DNA of 61,964 nt, counting the filler. It is 5 parts of 5 records of this genome, joined end to end, with 100 filler letters (N's around TTAATTAATTAA, not from the genome) between each part and the next. Parts side by side here need not be neighbours in the genome. Positions count along the whole stretch, not along the records: positions 1 to 25,767 come from DRR723986_4131; 4 more parts are not named here. One strand, given 5' to 3'. The position numbers were made by a program, and so were the translations under genes. The stretch's first letter is position 1; the number at the start of each line of letters is the position of its first letter. Shown piece by piece: positions 8,979-18,968 of this stretch. The notes beneath the pieces were generated by a model, which did not search any database, had not been told where the DNA came from, and worked only from the letters and a program-made list of their open reading frames with translations.

Positions 8979-9833
8979 GTGCCGCCGGACTCTTTGATGA
9001 AGTTCAAGGGAAAATCCTTCATTGCCATCGTTCTGAGCCCGGAGCCGCCCTTTGCGGACTGGTTCCGTGAAATCGACCGGATCATCGAACGCTCGCCGGG
9101 ATTTTTCATAGACCGGCCCATCATTCTGGACGTTCGGGGAACCAAGATTCCCATTGAAGAGCTGGAACAGCTTCTTGCCGAACTTGCCGAACGCTCGATC
9201 CGGGTGATGGGAATTGACGGTGTCGCCGGAACACGCCTGAAAGCCGGCATGCCGCCGAGCTTTTCCGGTGGCCGTCTGGCGTCCGACGTGGACGTCCCGA
9301 CCCCTGCAAACGCTTCGGCCGTGGCTGGAAACGGTTCTGAAACCGAAAAACCGGATGCGAAGGACGCAGATGGCTCGACCAGGAACACAACTGCAAAGTC
9401 CAAGAAGACAGCCGCTGAGCCCAAAGCCAAGGTGAGCAAGGCAAACGGTGACAGCGATGTCGAACCGGAAGCGTGGGAGACCTCGCCGGCCAGCATCGCA
9501 AGCGGATCTTCCATCGTGATTACCGAACCGGTGCGCTCGGGCCAAAGCATCCTGCATCCGGAAGGCGACGTAACTGTCATCGGCTCCGTGAGTTCCGGCG
9601 CCGAAATAATCGCCGGTGGCTCGATACACGTTTACGGCGCCCTGCGCGGACGTGCATTGGCCGGTGTCGCAGGGAAAGACAGCGCCCGTATCTTCTGTTC
9701 CAAGCTGGATGCGGAGCTGGTTTCCATCAACGGGCTCTACAAGGTCGCGGACGATTTCGATGGCGCCCTGCGCAACGCACCTGCACAGATCCGCTTCGAA
9801 AACGAGACCCTCGTCTTTGAAGAGCTGAACTAA
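8979..9833 (+). CDS. minC: Septum site-determining protein MinC
   Basis: PVRSGQ...[34 protein letters not shown] beta-helix; start may be ATG 8997. Confidence 0.93.
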   Translation: MPPDSLMKFKGKSFIAIVLSPEPPFADWFREIDRIIERSPGFFIDRPIILDVRGTKIPIEELEQLLAELAERSIRVMGIDGVAGTRLKAGMPPSFSGGRLASDVDVPTPANASAVAGNGSETEKPDAKDADGSTRNTTAKSKKTAAEPKAKVSKANGDSDVEPEAWETSPASIASGSSIVITEPVRSGQSILHPEGDVTVIGSVSSGAEIIAGGSIHVYGALRGRALAGVAGKDSARIFCSKLDAELVSINGLYKVADDFDGALRNAPAQIRFENETLVFEELN

Positions 9834-9889
9834 CCACAGGGCCGGCTGCAGAAGGCCGCCGGACTGACAACAAAAACAGGACGAACACC

Positions 9890-10711
9890 ATGAGCAACGC
9901 TACTGTCGTTGTGGTCACGTCAGGCAAGGGCGGCGTGGGCAAAACCACCACCACCGCAGCTATCGCCTCGGCGCTTGCCAAAGAAGGCTACCAGGTCTGC
10001 GCCATCGACTTCGACGTCGGGCTGCGCAACCTCGACCTGATCATGGGTGCGGAACGGCGGGTCGTGTTCGACCTCGTCAACGTGGTGCGCGGCGAAGCTT
10101 CGATCAAACAGGCGCTGGTGCGCGACAAGAAGCTGAACAACCTCTACCTGCTTCCGGCCTCCCAGACCCGGGACAAGGACGCATTGACCGAAGAGGGCGT
10201 TGCCAGCGTCATCAGCGAATTGCGGATGTATTTCGACTGGGTGATCTGCGACAGCCCTGCGGGCATCGAACGCGGCGCGACACTGGCCATGCGCCATGCG
10301 GATGAGGCCATCATCGTGTCCAACCCGGAAGTGTCGTCCGTACGCGACTGCGACCGGATCATCGGCCTGCTCGACGCGAAGACCAAGATTGCCGAAGACG
10401 GAGGTCGGATGCCGAAGCACCTGATGATCACCCGTTACGACACCGAGCGTGCCAAGACCGGTGACATGCTGGCAACCGACGATGTCGTCGACATTCTCTC
10501 CGTGCCGCTCATCGGTGTCGTGCCGGAAAGCAAGGACGTGCTGAAAGCGTCGAACGTCGGTCTGCCGATCACGCTGTCGGACGAAAATTCGCCTGCTGCC
10601 AAGGCCTATACCGAGGCCGTGCGCCGTCTGCTGGGTGAAAATATCCCGGTCACCATCCCTGAGGAAAAGAAGGGCCTGTTCGGCAAGTTCTTCAAGGGGA
10701 GGGCCGCATGA
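9890..10711 (+). CDS. minD: Septum site-determining ATPase MinD
   Basis: Deviant Walker A SGKGGVGKTT, DFDVGLRNLD, C-terminal amphipathic helix KKGLFGKFF. Confidence 0.97.
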   Translation: MSNATVVVVTSGKGGVGKTTTTAAIASALAKEGYQVCAIDFDVGLRNLDLIMGAERRVVFDLVNVVRGEASIKQALVRDKKLNNLYLLPASQTRDKDALTEEGVASVISELRMYFDWVICDSPAGIERGATLAMRHADEAIIVSNPEVSSVRDCDRIIGLLDAKTKIAEDGGRMPKHLMITRYDTERAKTGDMLATDDVVDILSVPLIGVVPESKDVLKASNVGLPITLSDENSPAAKAYTEAVRRLLGENIPVTIPEEKKGLFGKFFKGRAA

Positions 10712-10968
10712 ACATCCTGAGCCTCTTTGGCAAAAGAGGTGAAAGTGCCTCTGTTGCCAAGAACCGGCTGCAAATTCTGCTGGCGCACGAACGGGCCGAC
10801 GACGGCTCCGACGCGGTCCTGATCTCAAGTCTGCGGGAAGATATCCTGGCCGTCGTGGCAAAGCGCGTTGCGATCGACCCGGACTCCGTCCGTCTCGAAA
10901 TGGACAGGACCGGTGACGTCACCACTCTCGGCATCGATATCGAATTGCCGCCGGCGAAAGCCTCCTGA
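10708..10968 (+). CDS. minE: Cell division topological specificity factor MinE
   Basis: SASVAKNRLQILLAHER motif; ATGA overlap with minD. Confidence 0.95.
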   Translation: MNILSLFGKRGESASVAKNRLQILLAHERADDGSDAVLISSLREDILAVVAKRVAIDPDSVRLEMDRTGDVTTLGIDIELPPAKAS

Positions 10969-10973
10969 CGTTC

Positions 10974-10999
10974 AAGACCGGCCTTCTGGCCGGTCTTTT
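10974..10999 (+). terminator. Rho-independent terminator after minE
   Basis: AAGACCGGCC-TTCT-GGCCGGTCTT followed by TT, between convergent genes. Confidence 0.7.
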
Positions 11000-11003
11000 C
11001 CTA

Positions 11004-12533
11004 TCAGCCCGGCTGAGCTGCCGATTGAATGGGGACATGCCGGAAATCCAGCAGGTCGGAAGAATAGACCGCGACCTGTGCCCTGCCCCGCCGTTTCGCC
11101 GAATAAAGTGCAACATCCGCCTGGCGAAGCAGTTCCGAAGGCTTGTGCGAAAAAGCGACGCCGACACTGGCTCCGAAGGTATAGGTGGCACCGTCCAGGT
11201 TCACCGGCCGGCTGAGCTGTTCCACGATCGCCCGGCTTGCCGAAAGCACCCGCTCTCGCCGTGCCCTGCCGAACACAATGACGAACTCATCCCCGCCCAG
11301 CCGGACAACCGTGTCGTCCGCATTGACAAGGCCGGTCAAAGCTTCCGCGACATGCAAAAGCACCAGGTCCCCTGTTTCATGGCCGTAGGTGTCGTTTATT
11401 TCCTTGAACCGATCAAGGTCGACATAGAGCAGCGCGTGACCGTCCGCCAACGGCTTGACGTCCTGCAGGAGCGCCAGCTTTTCATCCAGCAATCGCCTGT
11501 TGCCCAGCCCCGTCAGAGGGTCGCTCCTGACCTGATTGGCCAGTAGTTCCTTGACCTTGTCCGCCTGGTGTTTGGCTTCCGCAAGCGCCCGGACCGTATC
11601 TGTTGCACGGTGGAAGAACATGCGCGCGGACAAGAACATGCCGAGATAAACCGCCAGCACCCCAAAGGCCAGAAGAGGCAACATCCGAAATCCGGCCAGT
11701 TCCGGGTTCCAAACGAAAAACCCGAGGTGCCGCCTGTCCACGGTCTCAATGTCGTATCCAGCCTGCCAGAAGGCCGGGGGTATTTGCGCCAATCCAAGAC
11801 CGGGCAAGTGATATTTCTCCGCCATATCCGCCAGGACTGAGGCATTGATAGGCCGTGCGAAGACCAGCACATGATCGGTACTGGTGTCGCTGTCCTCCGT
11901 GTAGGACGTCAGCAAAACAGCGCTGGCGAGGTAAAGCGTCTCAAGGTTGCCAACCAGACCTGTTGCCGGAACCGGCGCCTCATCCTGCGGCGTATTTCGG
12001 GCATCGGCAATCAGAACGCTCATCGAAGGCCCATAGCGAACCCGCAAGTCCGTATTGGCGACCTTGCCTTCCACCACATGAACCTTGGCCTGGTTGTTGC
12101 CATCCAGCAGGTGGATCCCGTCGATCTGCAGTTCTTCCTGCATGTAGTCGACAAACGTTTCCCGAATCCAGGTCATGTCAAAGGATTCGACAAGGTTTTC
12201 GACCGCGTCGTTCCAATAGCCGTACTCAAGCGTGATGTCCGCCAGATGATCGGAGCGATCGCCAAGCATGGCCGTGAAAATATGTTCTGAAGATCGGATG
12301 GAATTGCGGTCAAGGGTCCAGGAAAGGAACGACACAAACGCCATCAGGCTCACCGCACTGATGATCACGGTTATCCAGAACGGCTTGGACAGACGGCGGA
12401 TTTCTACCGCTTGCGCTTCGCCCTTGGCCTTTTGAAGCGGCGGCGAACCATGCCCGACAGGCTCGTATCGCACTTGCTTGTTCGCTCTCTTGGATGCATT
12501 CCAGCTGGAATACCTATATTCCGGCAGCTGCAA
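11004..12533 (-). CDS. Membrane diguanylate cyclase (CHASE4-like sensor plus GGDEF)
   Basis: EYGYWNDA CHASE4-like motif between TM helices; DPLTGLGNRR, DLDRFKEIND, RLGGDEF; start codon uncertain. Confidence 0.88.
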   Translation of the reverse strand: MQLPEYRYSSWNASKRANKQVRYEPVGHGSPPLQKAKGEAQAVEIRRLSKPFWITVIISAVSLMAFVSFLSWTLDRNSIRSSEHIFTAMLGDRSDHLADITLEYGYWNDAVENLVESFDMTWIRETFVDYMQEELQIDGIHLLDGNNQAKVHVVEGKVANTDLRVRYGPSMSVLIADARNTPQDEAPVPATGLVGNLETLYLASAVLLTSYTEDSDTSTDHVLVFARPINASVLADMAEKYHLPGLGLAQIPPAFWQAGYDIETVDRRHLGFFVWNPELAGFRMLPLLAFGVLAVYLGMFLSARMFFHRATDTVRALAEAKHQADKVKELLANQVRSDPLTGLGNRRLLDEKLALLQDVKPLADGHALLYVDLDRFKEINDTYGHETGDLVLLHVAEALTGLVNADDTVVRLGGDEFVIVFGRARRERVLSASRAIVEQLSRPVNLDGATYTFGASVGVAFSHKPSELLRQADVALYSAKRRGRAQVAVYSSDLLDFRHVPIQSAAQPG

Positions 12534-12921
12534 GTATCCTAGAGAAGCCTTTCAGCTCTATCAACACAAGAAATATTATTTAAAATCAATACTTAGCCAA
12601 ATATTTCACAAATACTCGACCTGAATGACAATCACCGTTAAAAATTACAATAAATTATCCTCAAAACAACTTTCATGAATACGCATTAGTCACGAGCCAA
12701 CTTCTGAAACTCGAAATCGTTTCTTGTGAAAAACCCAAGCGAGATAACATAGCCCCCGTGGACAGCGCACAGTTCGTCGGGCGCGGCGAAGAGCCGGATA
12801 AAGGTTGAGGCCAGCCAGGTGGTCCGGCTCCCATGCTCATTCCTCTCAGCCCCTGAGGTCGCCCCAGCTCAATAACACTGAGGTTCAGTGAACGGAGAAA
12901 AGCTGGAGCCGGGTTTTCCGG

Positions 12922-14523
12922 TTACGCCTCGTAGACGATCTCGCGGGTTTCGCGGAATTTCACGTCCGGGAACTTTTCGGTTACGTGACCGATTTCCCAG
13001 GCGTTCTTGAACAGGAACACCGGCTTGTCGTCACGGTCGTTGGCGATCGACATGCGGTGGCCTTCCAGCATCTTCTGCAGGGTCTGGCTGTCGGTTTCGA
13101 TCCAGCGGGCGGTGGTGTAAGGCACTGCTTCGAAGCCGATTTCAGTGCCATACTCCGCCTTCAGCCGATCCACCACGACATCAAGCTGCAGTGCGCCGAC
13201 CACGCCGACGATCCAGTTGGAGCCGAGATCCGGTTTGAAGATCTGCACCAGACCTTCTTCTGCCAGGTCCTGAAGGCCTTGGCGCATCTGTTTGACGCGC
13301 ATGGTGTCGGACAGGCGTACGCGGCGCAGGATTTCCGGTGCGAAGGCCGGCAGGCCGGTGACGTGGATGTTCTCGCCTTCGGTCAGGGTGTCGCCAACAC
13401 GCAACTGGCCATGGTTGGGAACACCGATGACGTCGCCCGGATAGGCAAGGTCGGCGATTTCCCGTTCCTCGGCAAAGAAGAAGATCGGTGCTGAGACGGC
13501 AATCTGCTTGTCGGCGCGAACGTGCTTCAGCTTCATGCCGCGCTTGAAGGTGCCGGAGCACAGGCGCACGAAGGCAATGCGGTCGCGGTGCTTGGGGTCC
13601 ATGTTTGCCTGCACCTTGAAGACGAAGCCGGTGACCTTGTCTTCCTGCGGCATGATTGTGCGCCCGCCGGTCGCCGGCTGCGAATGCGGCGGCGGGGCGA
13701 AGTCGGCGATGAAATCGAGCACTTCCTCGATGCCGTAGTCGCGCAGCGCCGAGCCGAAGAAAACCGGCGTCAGGTGCCCTTCCAGGAAGCTTTCCTTGTC
13801 GAATTCGGCGTAGCCTTCGGCGCCCAGTTCGACGTTCTCGGTCAGTTCATCCATGATCCGGTCGAACACGGTGCCGGTCAGAACCTCGTCATCAAGACCG
13901 GAAACGTCCTTGGTCTGGGTAAAGGCACCACCGCGCTCGCCGTCGGACGTGTGGAATTTCTTCTTCTGCCAGTCATAGACGCCGAAGAAGTCCGAGCCCA
14001 TCCCGACGGGCCATGTCTGCGGAGAGACGTCGAGAGCCAGTGCCTCCTGTACCTCGTCCAGAATCTCCAGCGCATGCCGGCCTTCACGATCGATCTTGTT
14101 GACGAAAGTGATGATCGGGATGTCGCGCAGGCGGCAGACTTCGAACAGCTTGCGTGTCTGGGTTTCGATACCCTTTGCAGCGTCGATCACCATGATGGCC
14201 GCATCGACGGCGGTCAGCGTGCGATAAGTATCTTCGGAGAAGTCCTCGTGGCCAGGCGTGTCGAGCAGATTGTAGACGATGCCCTTGCGCTCGAAGGTCA
14301 TGACGGAAGACGAGACGGAAATGCCGCGTTCCTGCTCGATCTTCATCCAGTCGGACCTTGCACGGCGGCGTTCGCCGCGGGCGCGCACTTGGCCCGCCGC
14401 CCGGATCGCGCCGCCTGAAAGCAGCAGCTTTTCGGTCAGGGTCGTCTTACCGGCATCCGGGTGTGAAATGATCGCAAAGGTGCGCCGGGACTGATAAGGC
14501 GCCGTGCCGTTTAGGCCAGTCAT
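12922..14523 (-). CDS. prfC: Peptide chain release factor 3
   Basis: RRTFAIISHPDAGKTTLTEKLL, DTPGHEDFSEDTYRTL, FKVQANMDPKHRDR; start ATG 14523. Confidence 0.97.
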   Translation of the reverse strand: MTGLNGTAPYQSRRTFAIISHPDAGKTTLTEKLLLSGGAIRAAGQVRARGERRRARSDWMKIEQERGISVSSSVMTFERKGIVYNLLDTPGHEDFSEDTYRTLTAVDAAIMVIDAAKGIETQTRKLFEVCRLRDIPIITFVNKIDREGRHALEILDEVQEALALDVSPQTWPVGMGSDFFGVYDWQKKKFHTSDGERGGAFTQTKDVSGLDDEVLTGTVFDRIMDELTENVELGAEGYAEFDKESFLEGHLTPVFFGSALRDYGIEEVLDFIADFAPPPHSQPATGGRTIMPQEDKVTGFVFKVQANMDPKHRDRIAFVRLCSGTFKRGMKLKHVRADKQIAVSAPIFFFAEEREIADLAYPGDVIGVPNHGQLRVGDTLTEGENIHVTGLPAFAPEILRRVRLSDTMRVKQMRQGLQDLAEEGLVQIFKPDLGSNWIVGVVGALQLDVVVDRLKAEYGTEIGFEAVPYTTARWIETDSQTLQKMLEGHRMSIANDRDDKPVFLFKNAWEIGHVTEKFPDVKFRETREIVYEA

Positions 14524-14701
14524 GAAGATCTCCTGATCCCAAATCCGGCGGGGCCGCGCAAACACGCCGGGAAAACCGGGGCGCAACCTTCCACTCAGAG
14601 CCGGACGGATTGATGTTTCGTTGGCGGAAGGTCATAGAGAGAATTCTTGAAGATTTCCAGTAGAGAATCGCCGATTTGCCCCGACAGTCCGAGGAGACCC
14701 C

Positions 14702-15256
14702 ATGAGCCGAAGCAAATGTCTGATCGTCGGCCTGGTGATGATTGCCGCCACAGCGGCCATTCTCCTGGCCATGGGGCGGATCCCGATCTGTGATTGCGGC
14801 TATGTCCTGTTGTGGACACCGGCCAGCGATTTCGCCGGTTCCTCGCAACATATCGCCGACTGGTACACGCCCTCGCATATCATCCACGGCTTCCTGTTCT
14901 ATCTGTTCCTGTGGCTGGTCTTCAGACGCAGTTCCGTCGGTGAGCGCGCGCTCGGAGCGATCTTCATCGAAGCAGCCTGGGAAATCGTCGAGAACAGCCC
15001 CTGGATCATCGACCGGTACCGCGAAGCGACCATTGCCGTTGGTTACACCGGTGACAGTGTCCTGAATTCCGTCTTCGATATACTCTGGATGCTCGCCGGC
15101 TTCTTCTTTGCCTGGCGCATGCCGGTCTGGGTCACGATCCTGGTCGGGATTGCCTTCGAACTGCTTGCGCTCTGGGTGATAAAGGACAATCTGACGCTGA
15201 ACGTTCTGATGCTGGTCTACCCGGTCGAGGCGATCAAGGTCTGGCAAGGCGGGTAG
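14702..15256 (+). CDS. DUF2585/UPF0314 family membrane protein
   Basis: [10 protein letters not shown]...[17 protein letters not shown] motif; GGAG RBS. Confidence 0.85.
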   Translation: MSRSKCLIVGLVMIAATAAILLAMGRIPICDCGYVLLWTPASDFAGSSQHIADWYTPSHIIHGFLFYLFLWLVFRRSSVGERALGAIFIEAAWEIVENSPWIIDRYREATIAVGYTGDSVLNSVFDILWMLAGFFFAWRMPVWVTILVGIAFELLALWVIKDNLTLNVLMLVYPVEAIKVWQGG

Positions 15257-15330
15257 GCACTGCCACCTGCGGCCTCCCCTCCTACGCCGTTATCGTTGAG
15301 CCTGTCGAGAGAAATACATCCGAGTGAAGC

Positions 15331-16011
15331 TCAGAGCTGAAACAGCTTGTGCTTTTTCAGGAGCTCGATCAGCACCTCGCGGGCATCCTGGCGATGAAGA
15401 TGGTGGCGCTGGCGTGCCGCCTGGGCGTCACCCTTGCGGATTGCGTCGAAGACCGCCCGGTGGTCTTCGTTGGACTTGACCGGCAGCGGGCGAATGTAAA
15501 GCGTCATGGCGCGTGCCCGGCGTACCTGATTGGACATCATCGAGACGATGGACTGGACACGCGAGTTGCCACCGAGGCGGACAAGCTCCGTGTGGAAGGC
15601 ATCATCGGCTATCGCCCAGGCTTCCCGGTCCTCACGCTCCAATGCATCTTCCATGGCCTCGATCGCCTGCTTGAGATCCGCAAGATCCGTTTCCGAATAG
15701 CCTTTTTCAGCGGCTTCTTCGGCAGCAAGGCTCTCCAGTTCGGTCAGGATGGCGTAGATTTCCTCCATGTCCTTCAACGACAAGGTGGCGATGCGGACAC
15801 CCTTGCGTGGTCGCACCTCCAGAAGGCCTTGCTGGGCCAGCATCAAGGTTGCCTCGCGCACCGGTGTGCGGGACATGCCAAGCCGGTCGGCAAGTTCGCT
15901 TTCGAGATGATCGGAGCCTGCCGCCAGTTCACCGTCGAAAATGAGCTGGCGGATCTGTTCCATGGCCTGGGTGGTGATGGTCTTTTGTTTCGGAGCCTCA
16001 AGCACAGTCAA
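15331..16011 (-). CDS. GntR family (FCD) transcriptional regulator
   Basis: LGMSRTPVREA HTH, FCD motifs DDAFH and EDHRAV; start placed at TTG 16011 after GGAG (ORF is open to 16068). Confidence 0.88.
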   Translation of the reverse strand: MTVLEAPKQKTITTQAMEQIRQLIFDGELAAGSDHLESELADRLGMSRTPVREATLMLAQQGLLEVRPRKGVRIATLSLKDMEEIYAILTELESLAAEEAAEKGYSETDLADLKQAIEAMEDALEREDREAWAIADDAFHTELVRLGGNSRVQSIVSMMSNQVRRARAMTLYIRPLPVKSNEDHRAVFDAIRKGDAQAARQRHHLHRQDAREVLIELLKKHKLFQL

Positions 16012-17056
16012 ACTCCCGGATTTTCTGCCCCTTGCGGTCCGACTCATAGATGGCCTGTTCGATTGCAATCACCTTCAGGTAGCTCCGCGCCTCGTTTTCC
16101 AGCGGCTTTCCATCCAGGAGACCGTCTACAACATGGCTTATCAGATTCTTGACGCAATCGCCGCCAAAGCCAGGCCAATCCTGTGCCACCAGCAGAAGAG
16201 TTTCGTCCTTGTCGCCGAAATGGCGCAAGCGCACCGAGCCGTCGCCTTTCAATGTCAGCGTTCCCCGGGTGCCCTCCAACAAAGCTTCACCAAGTGTGGT
16301 TCTGCAATTTTCGGCGGCGTGGTCCAGAAGCCTGTTGCCGTCGAAGAGCGCTCTCACCCCGTTTGAATAGTCGAAAATGAAATAGCCGGCGTCCTCTCCC
16401 TTGATGGCCGGGTTGAGCCTGCGAAGATCCGCATAGACCGCCTCGGGCTCGCCGATCAGGTAGCGAAACGTATCGATCCAGTGAACGCCGGTTTCATGGA
16501 TCAGCAACCTGGGCATTTCCTGAAAATATGGCTGCCGGTCCAGGTAGGCCTTCGGCCCCTGCCCGTCCCCTGTGCGTAGCCGGAAAGTTACCTGCAGCAA
16601 ATCGCCAAGCAGTTGCCGTTCCAGAGCCTGTCGGATTGTCCGGTACCAGGGCTGAAAACGGAAGTTTTCATGGATGACGATAATCACGCCGGCTTCTTCT
16701 GCCAGCTCGGTTGCCTTCCGGGCTTCCTCGAGCGAGGTACAGAACGGTTTCTGACAGATGATCGCCTTCACCCCCTTCCTGATTGCAAGCTCGATGGCGC
16801 TGAAATGCGTCGGCGGTGGCGTGATGATGTCCAGCAGATCGGGTTTCGCCATCTTCAGCATGCACTCCAGATCACTGAAGGCAGTCAGTCCAGTGGCCTT
16901 CGCCTTCGCGGGATCCTGATCACAGGAACCGACCAGCCGAACCCGTTTGACCCTGCGCCAGGCATCATAGTGAAACTGGGCAAAGTAGCCCGCTCCAAGA
17001 CAGGCAACGCGTAACGTGTCCGAGACGCCCAGGTCTTTTGCAGAGCCGTCGTTCAT
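15998..17056 (-). CDS. Gfo/Idh/MocA family NAD(P)-dependent sugar oxidoreductase
   Basis: GAGYFA Rossmann motif, CQKP in place of EKP, HENFRFQP, GVHWID; start ATG 17056. Confidence 0.88.
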   Translation of the reverse strand: MNDGSAKDLGVSDTLRVACLGAGYFAQFHYDAWRRVKRVRLVGSCDQDPAKAKATGLTAFSDLECMLKMAKPDLLDIITPPPTHFSAIELAIRKGVKAIICQKPFCTSLEEARKATELAEEAGVIIVIHENFRFQPWYRTIRQALERQLLGDLLQVTFRLRTGDGQGPKAYLDRQPYFQEMPRLLIHETGVHWIDTFRYLIGEPEAVYADLRRLNPAIKGEDAGYFIFDYSNGVRALFDGNRLLDHAAENCRTTLGEALLEGTRGTLTLKGDGSVRLRHFGDKDETLLLVAQDWPGFGGDCVKNLISHVVDGLLDGKPLENEARSYLKVIAIEQAIYESDRKGQKIREFDCA

Positions 17057-17166
17057 CTTTTTTCGTCCTCCCGCACACTCCTGAAATCGGCAGAAGACCC
17101 GAGGGCTTTCCCTGTTTCGAAGCGGCAATTCCATCATTGGATTTTTGATAGTCGACATTAGCGCCG

Positions 17167-17194
17167 TTGACAAGGGATTGGTTAGCGTATACGC
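17167..17194 (+). promoter_or_regulatory. Candidate sigma70 -35 box and GntR-type palindrome upstream of dctP
   Basis: TTGACA at 17167-17172; perfect palindrome GCGTATACGC at 17185-17194 over the expected -10 region. Confidence 0.4.
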
Positions 17195-17247
17195 AATCGA
17201 ATGTGTAAATTGATACGGCCTTGGAGCGGCCGTGGGAGGAGATTGAA

Positions 17248-18261
17248 ATGCTTGACAAGAAATCCTTGAGCCGCCTGCTGATGAGCGCGGCAATTCTCAC
17301 AATGGGTATGAGCGGCGCGCAGGCTGTCGAAACCTTGCGATTCAGCCATACGGACAACCCTGGCGGATCCCGTCAGCAGGCTGCGGAACTGTTTGCGGAG
17401 AAGGTCGCGGAATATACGGACGGCCGTTACGAAGTTCAGATCTTCCCGTCCGGATCGCTCGCAAACGATCCGAAAGCCATTGAACTGCTGCAGCTTGGCG
17501 GCATCGACTTCACGGTCTCGGCCACGGGCAGCTACGCCACGCACATGCCGACGCTGAACCTCACGGCCATGCCCTTCCTGGTCGACACCTACGAGCAGGG
17601 TTGGGAACTCTATGACAATTCGGAATGGCTGCAGGGAGAATTCGCCAAGCTGCCGGAAAAGGGTTTCCGGGTATTGTCGACGTGGGAAGCCGGGTTCCGC
17701 AGCTTCACTACCAACGAACCGCTGAATTCGCCAGAAGACGCCAAGTCCATGAAAATGCGCGTCTTCCCGAACGACATGATCCGCTGGTCGATGGAAGCCA
17801 TCGGTTTCCAGACGGTCGTCATGCCGATTACCGACGTCTACATTTCCATTCAGCAGGGCATCGTCAACGGCCAGGAGAACCCGGTCGACACCATCAAGTC
17901 ACTGCGGTTCTATGAAGTTGCGCCCTACATCACGCTGACACGCCACGTCTACAGCCCTCTGCCCCTGACGGTGGCCGAAAAGACCTGGCAGTCCTTTTCC
18001 GACGAAGACAAGGAAGCCGTGATGAAAGCTGCAGCCGATTCCGCAGCCTTCAGCCGGAACCTCGTCAAGAGTTCGGTCGAAAGCCAACTCACGGAAATGC
18101 AGGAATCCGGCGCCACAGTCAGCGTTCCCGATATCGCGCCGTTCCGCGAGGCGGTGCAGTCGGTCTACGCAAAAGCCAAGGATGTCTACGGCGAGGAAGC
18201 CGTCGACCAGATCCTGTCCGATGCGGCAGCGATCCGCGAAAAACTCCCGGCCCAGAACTGA
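17248..18261 (+). CDS. dctP: TRAP transporter substrate-binding protein
   Basis: Signal peptide; GFRSFTT, KMRV, QQGIVNGQENP motifs; GGGAGGAG RBS before ATG 17248. Confidence 0.92.
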   Translation: MLDKKSLSRLLMSAAILTMGMSGAQAVETLRFSHTDNPGGSRQQAAELFAEKVAEYTDGRYEVQIFPSGSLANDPKAIELLQLGGIDFTVSATGSYATHMPTLNLTAMPFLVDTYEQGWELYDNSEWLQGEFAKLPEKGFRVLSTWEAGFRSFTTNEPLNSPEDAKSMKMRVFPNDMIRWSMEAIGFQTVVMPITDVYISIQQGIVNGQENPVDTIKSLRFYEVAPYITLTRHVYSPLPLTVAEKTWQSFSDEDKEAVMKAAADSAAFSRNLVKSSVESQLTEMQESGATVSVPDIAPFREAVQSVYAKAKDVYGEEAVDQILSDAAAIREKLPAQN

Positions 18262-18383
18262 TCAGGCAACGAGATCAACGCACGGGTGATCGAGCCGGTT
18301 GCCCGTTCAACAGTTGATCGTTTCTTGTGGGTCGGAGCGCCGAACGGCGTTCGAAAGAACGCAGGGTGCTCCGGGACTCAACT

Positions 18384-18421
18384 GCCGGAACCGCACGTCA
18401 CGCGGCGGTTCCGGCCCTTTT
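18384..18421 (+). terminator. Intercistronic hairpin with T-run between dctP and dctQ
   Basis: GCCGGAACCGC (18384-18394) / GCGGTTCCGGC (18405-18415) followed by CCTTTT. Confidence 0.5.
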
Positions 18422-18437
18422 CAAAAAGAGACGACCC

Positions 18438-18968
18438 TTGGATTACCGAGATCACTATCCGGCTGCGCTTCGCTGGCTCAGTCACCTGGTCGATATATGC
18501 CTGGCGCTTGGCGGCTTTTCGATCGTCACCCTGGTGTTCTGCAACGCCTGGCTTCGCGGCTTCGCCGGCTTCGACCTCGCATGGTCGCTGGAAGTGACCA
18601 GCTTCCTGCTGCTCTGGAGCACCTTCATCGGCTGTGCGGCAGCGGTTGCCCGGGGCGCGCACATGCGCGTTACCGAAGTTGTCGAGAAACTGGTGCCGCT
18701 GACGGGTCAACGTGTCTTGTCGATCGCAATCGACGTGATCATCGTCGTCCTGCTGCTCAGCCTGATCTACACCGGTGTCAATATCTCGATCCACACCTGG
18801 GCACAGAAGACAACGGTTCTCTACTGGCCTGTCGGTCTGCTCTACGCGTCCATGCCAGCCGGCATGACACTGACCCTGATCTTCCATCTCTTCAACATGG
18901 TCTATGACCTCAAAAATCCTGTCGTTCCTCATGCAGCGCACTCAGATGGCGGCGAGGCCCTCTCATGA
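18438..18968 (+). CDS. dctQ: TRAP transporter small permease
   Basis: Four TM helices, WSLEVTSFLLLWSTFIG...GAHMRV motif; start placed at TTG 18438. Confidence 0.85.
   Translation: MDYRDHYPAALRWLSHLVDICLALGGFSIVTLVFCNAWLRGFAGFDLAWSLEVTSFLLLWSTFIGCAAAVARGAHMRVTEVVEKLVPLTGQRVLSIAIDVIIVVLLLSLIYTGVNISIHTWAQKTTVLYWPVGLLYASMPAGMTLTLIFHLFNMVYDLKNPVVPHAAHSDGGEALS

Noticed and set aside
12740-12921. Possible riboswitch or sRNA between prfC and the GGDEF gene
   Set aside because: No recognisable conserved aptamer motif by eye; needs an Rfam/Infernal search.
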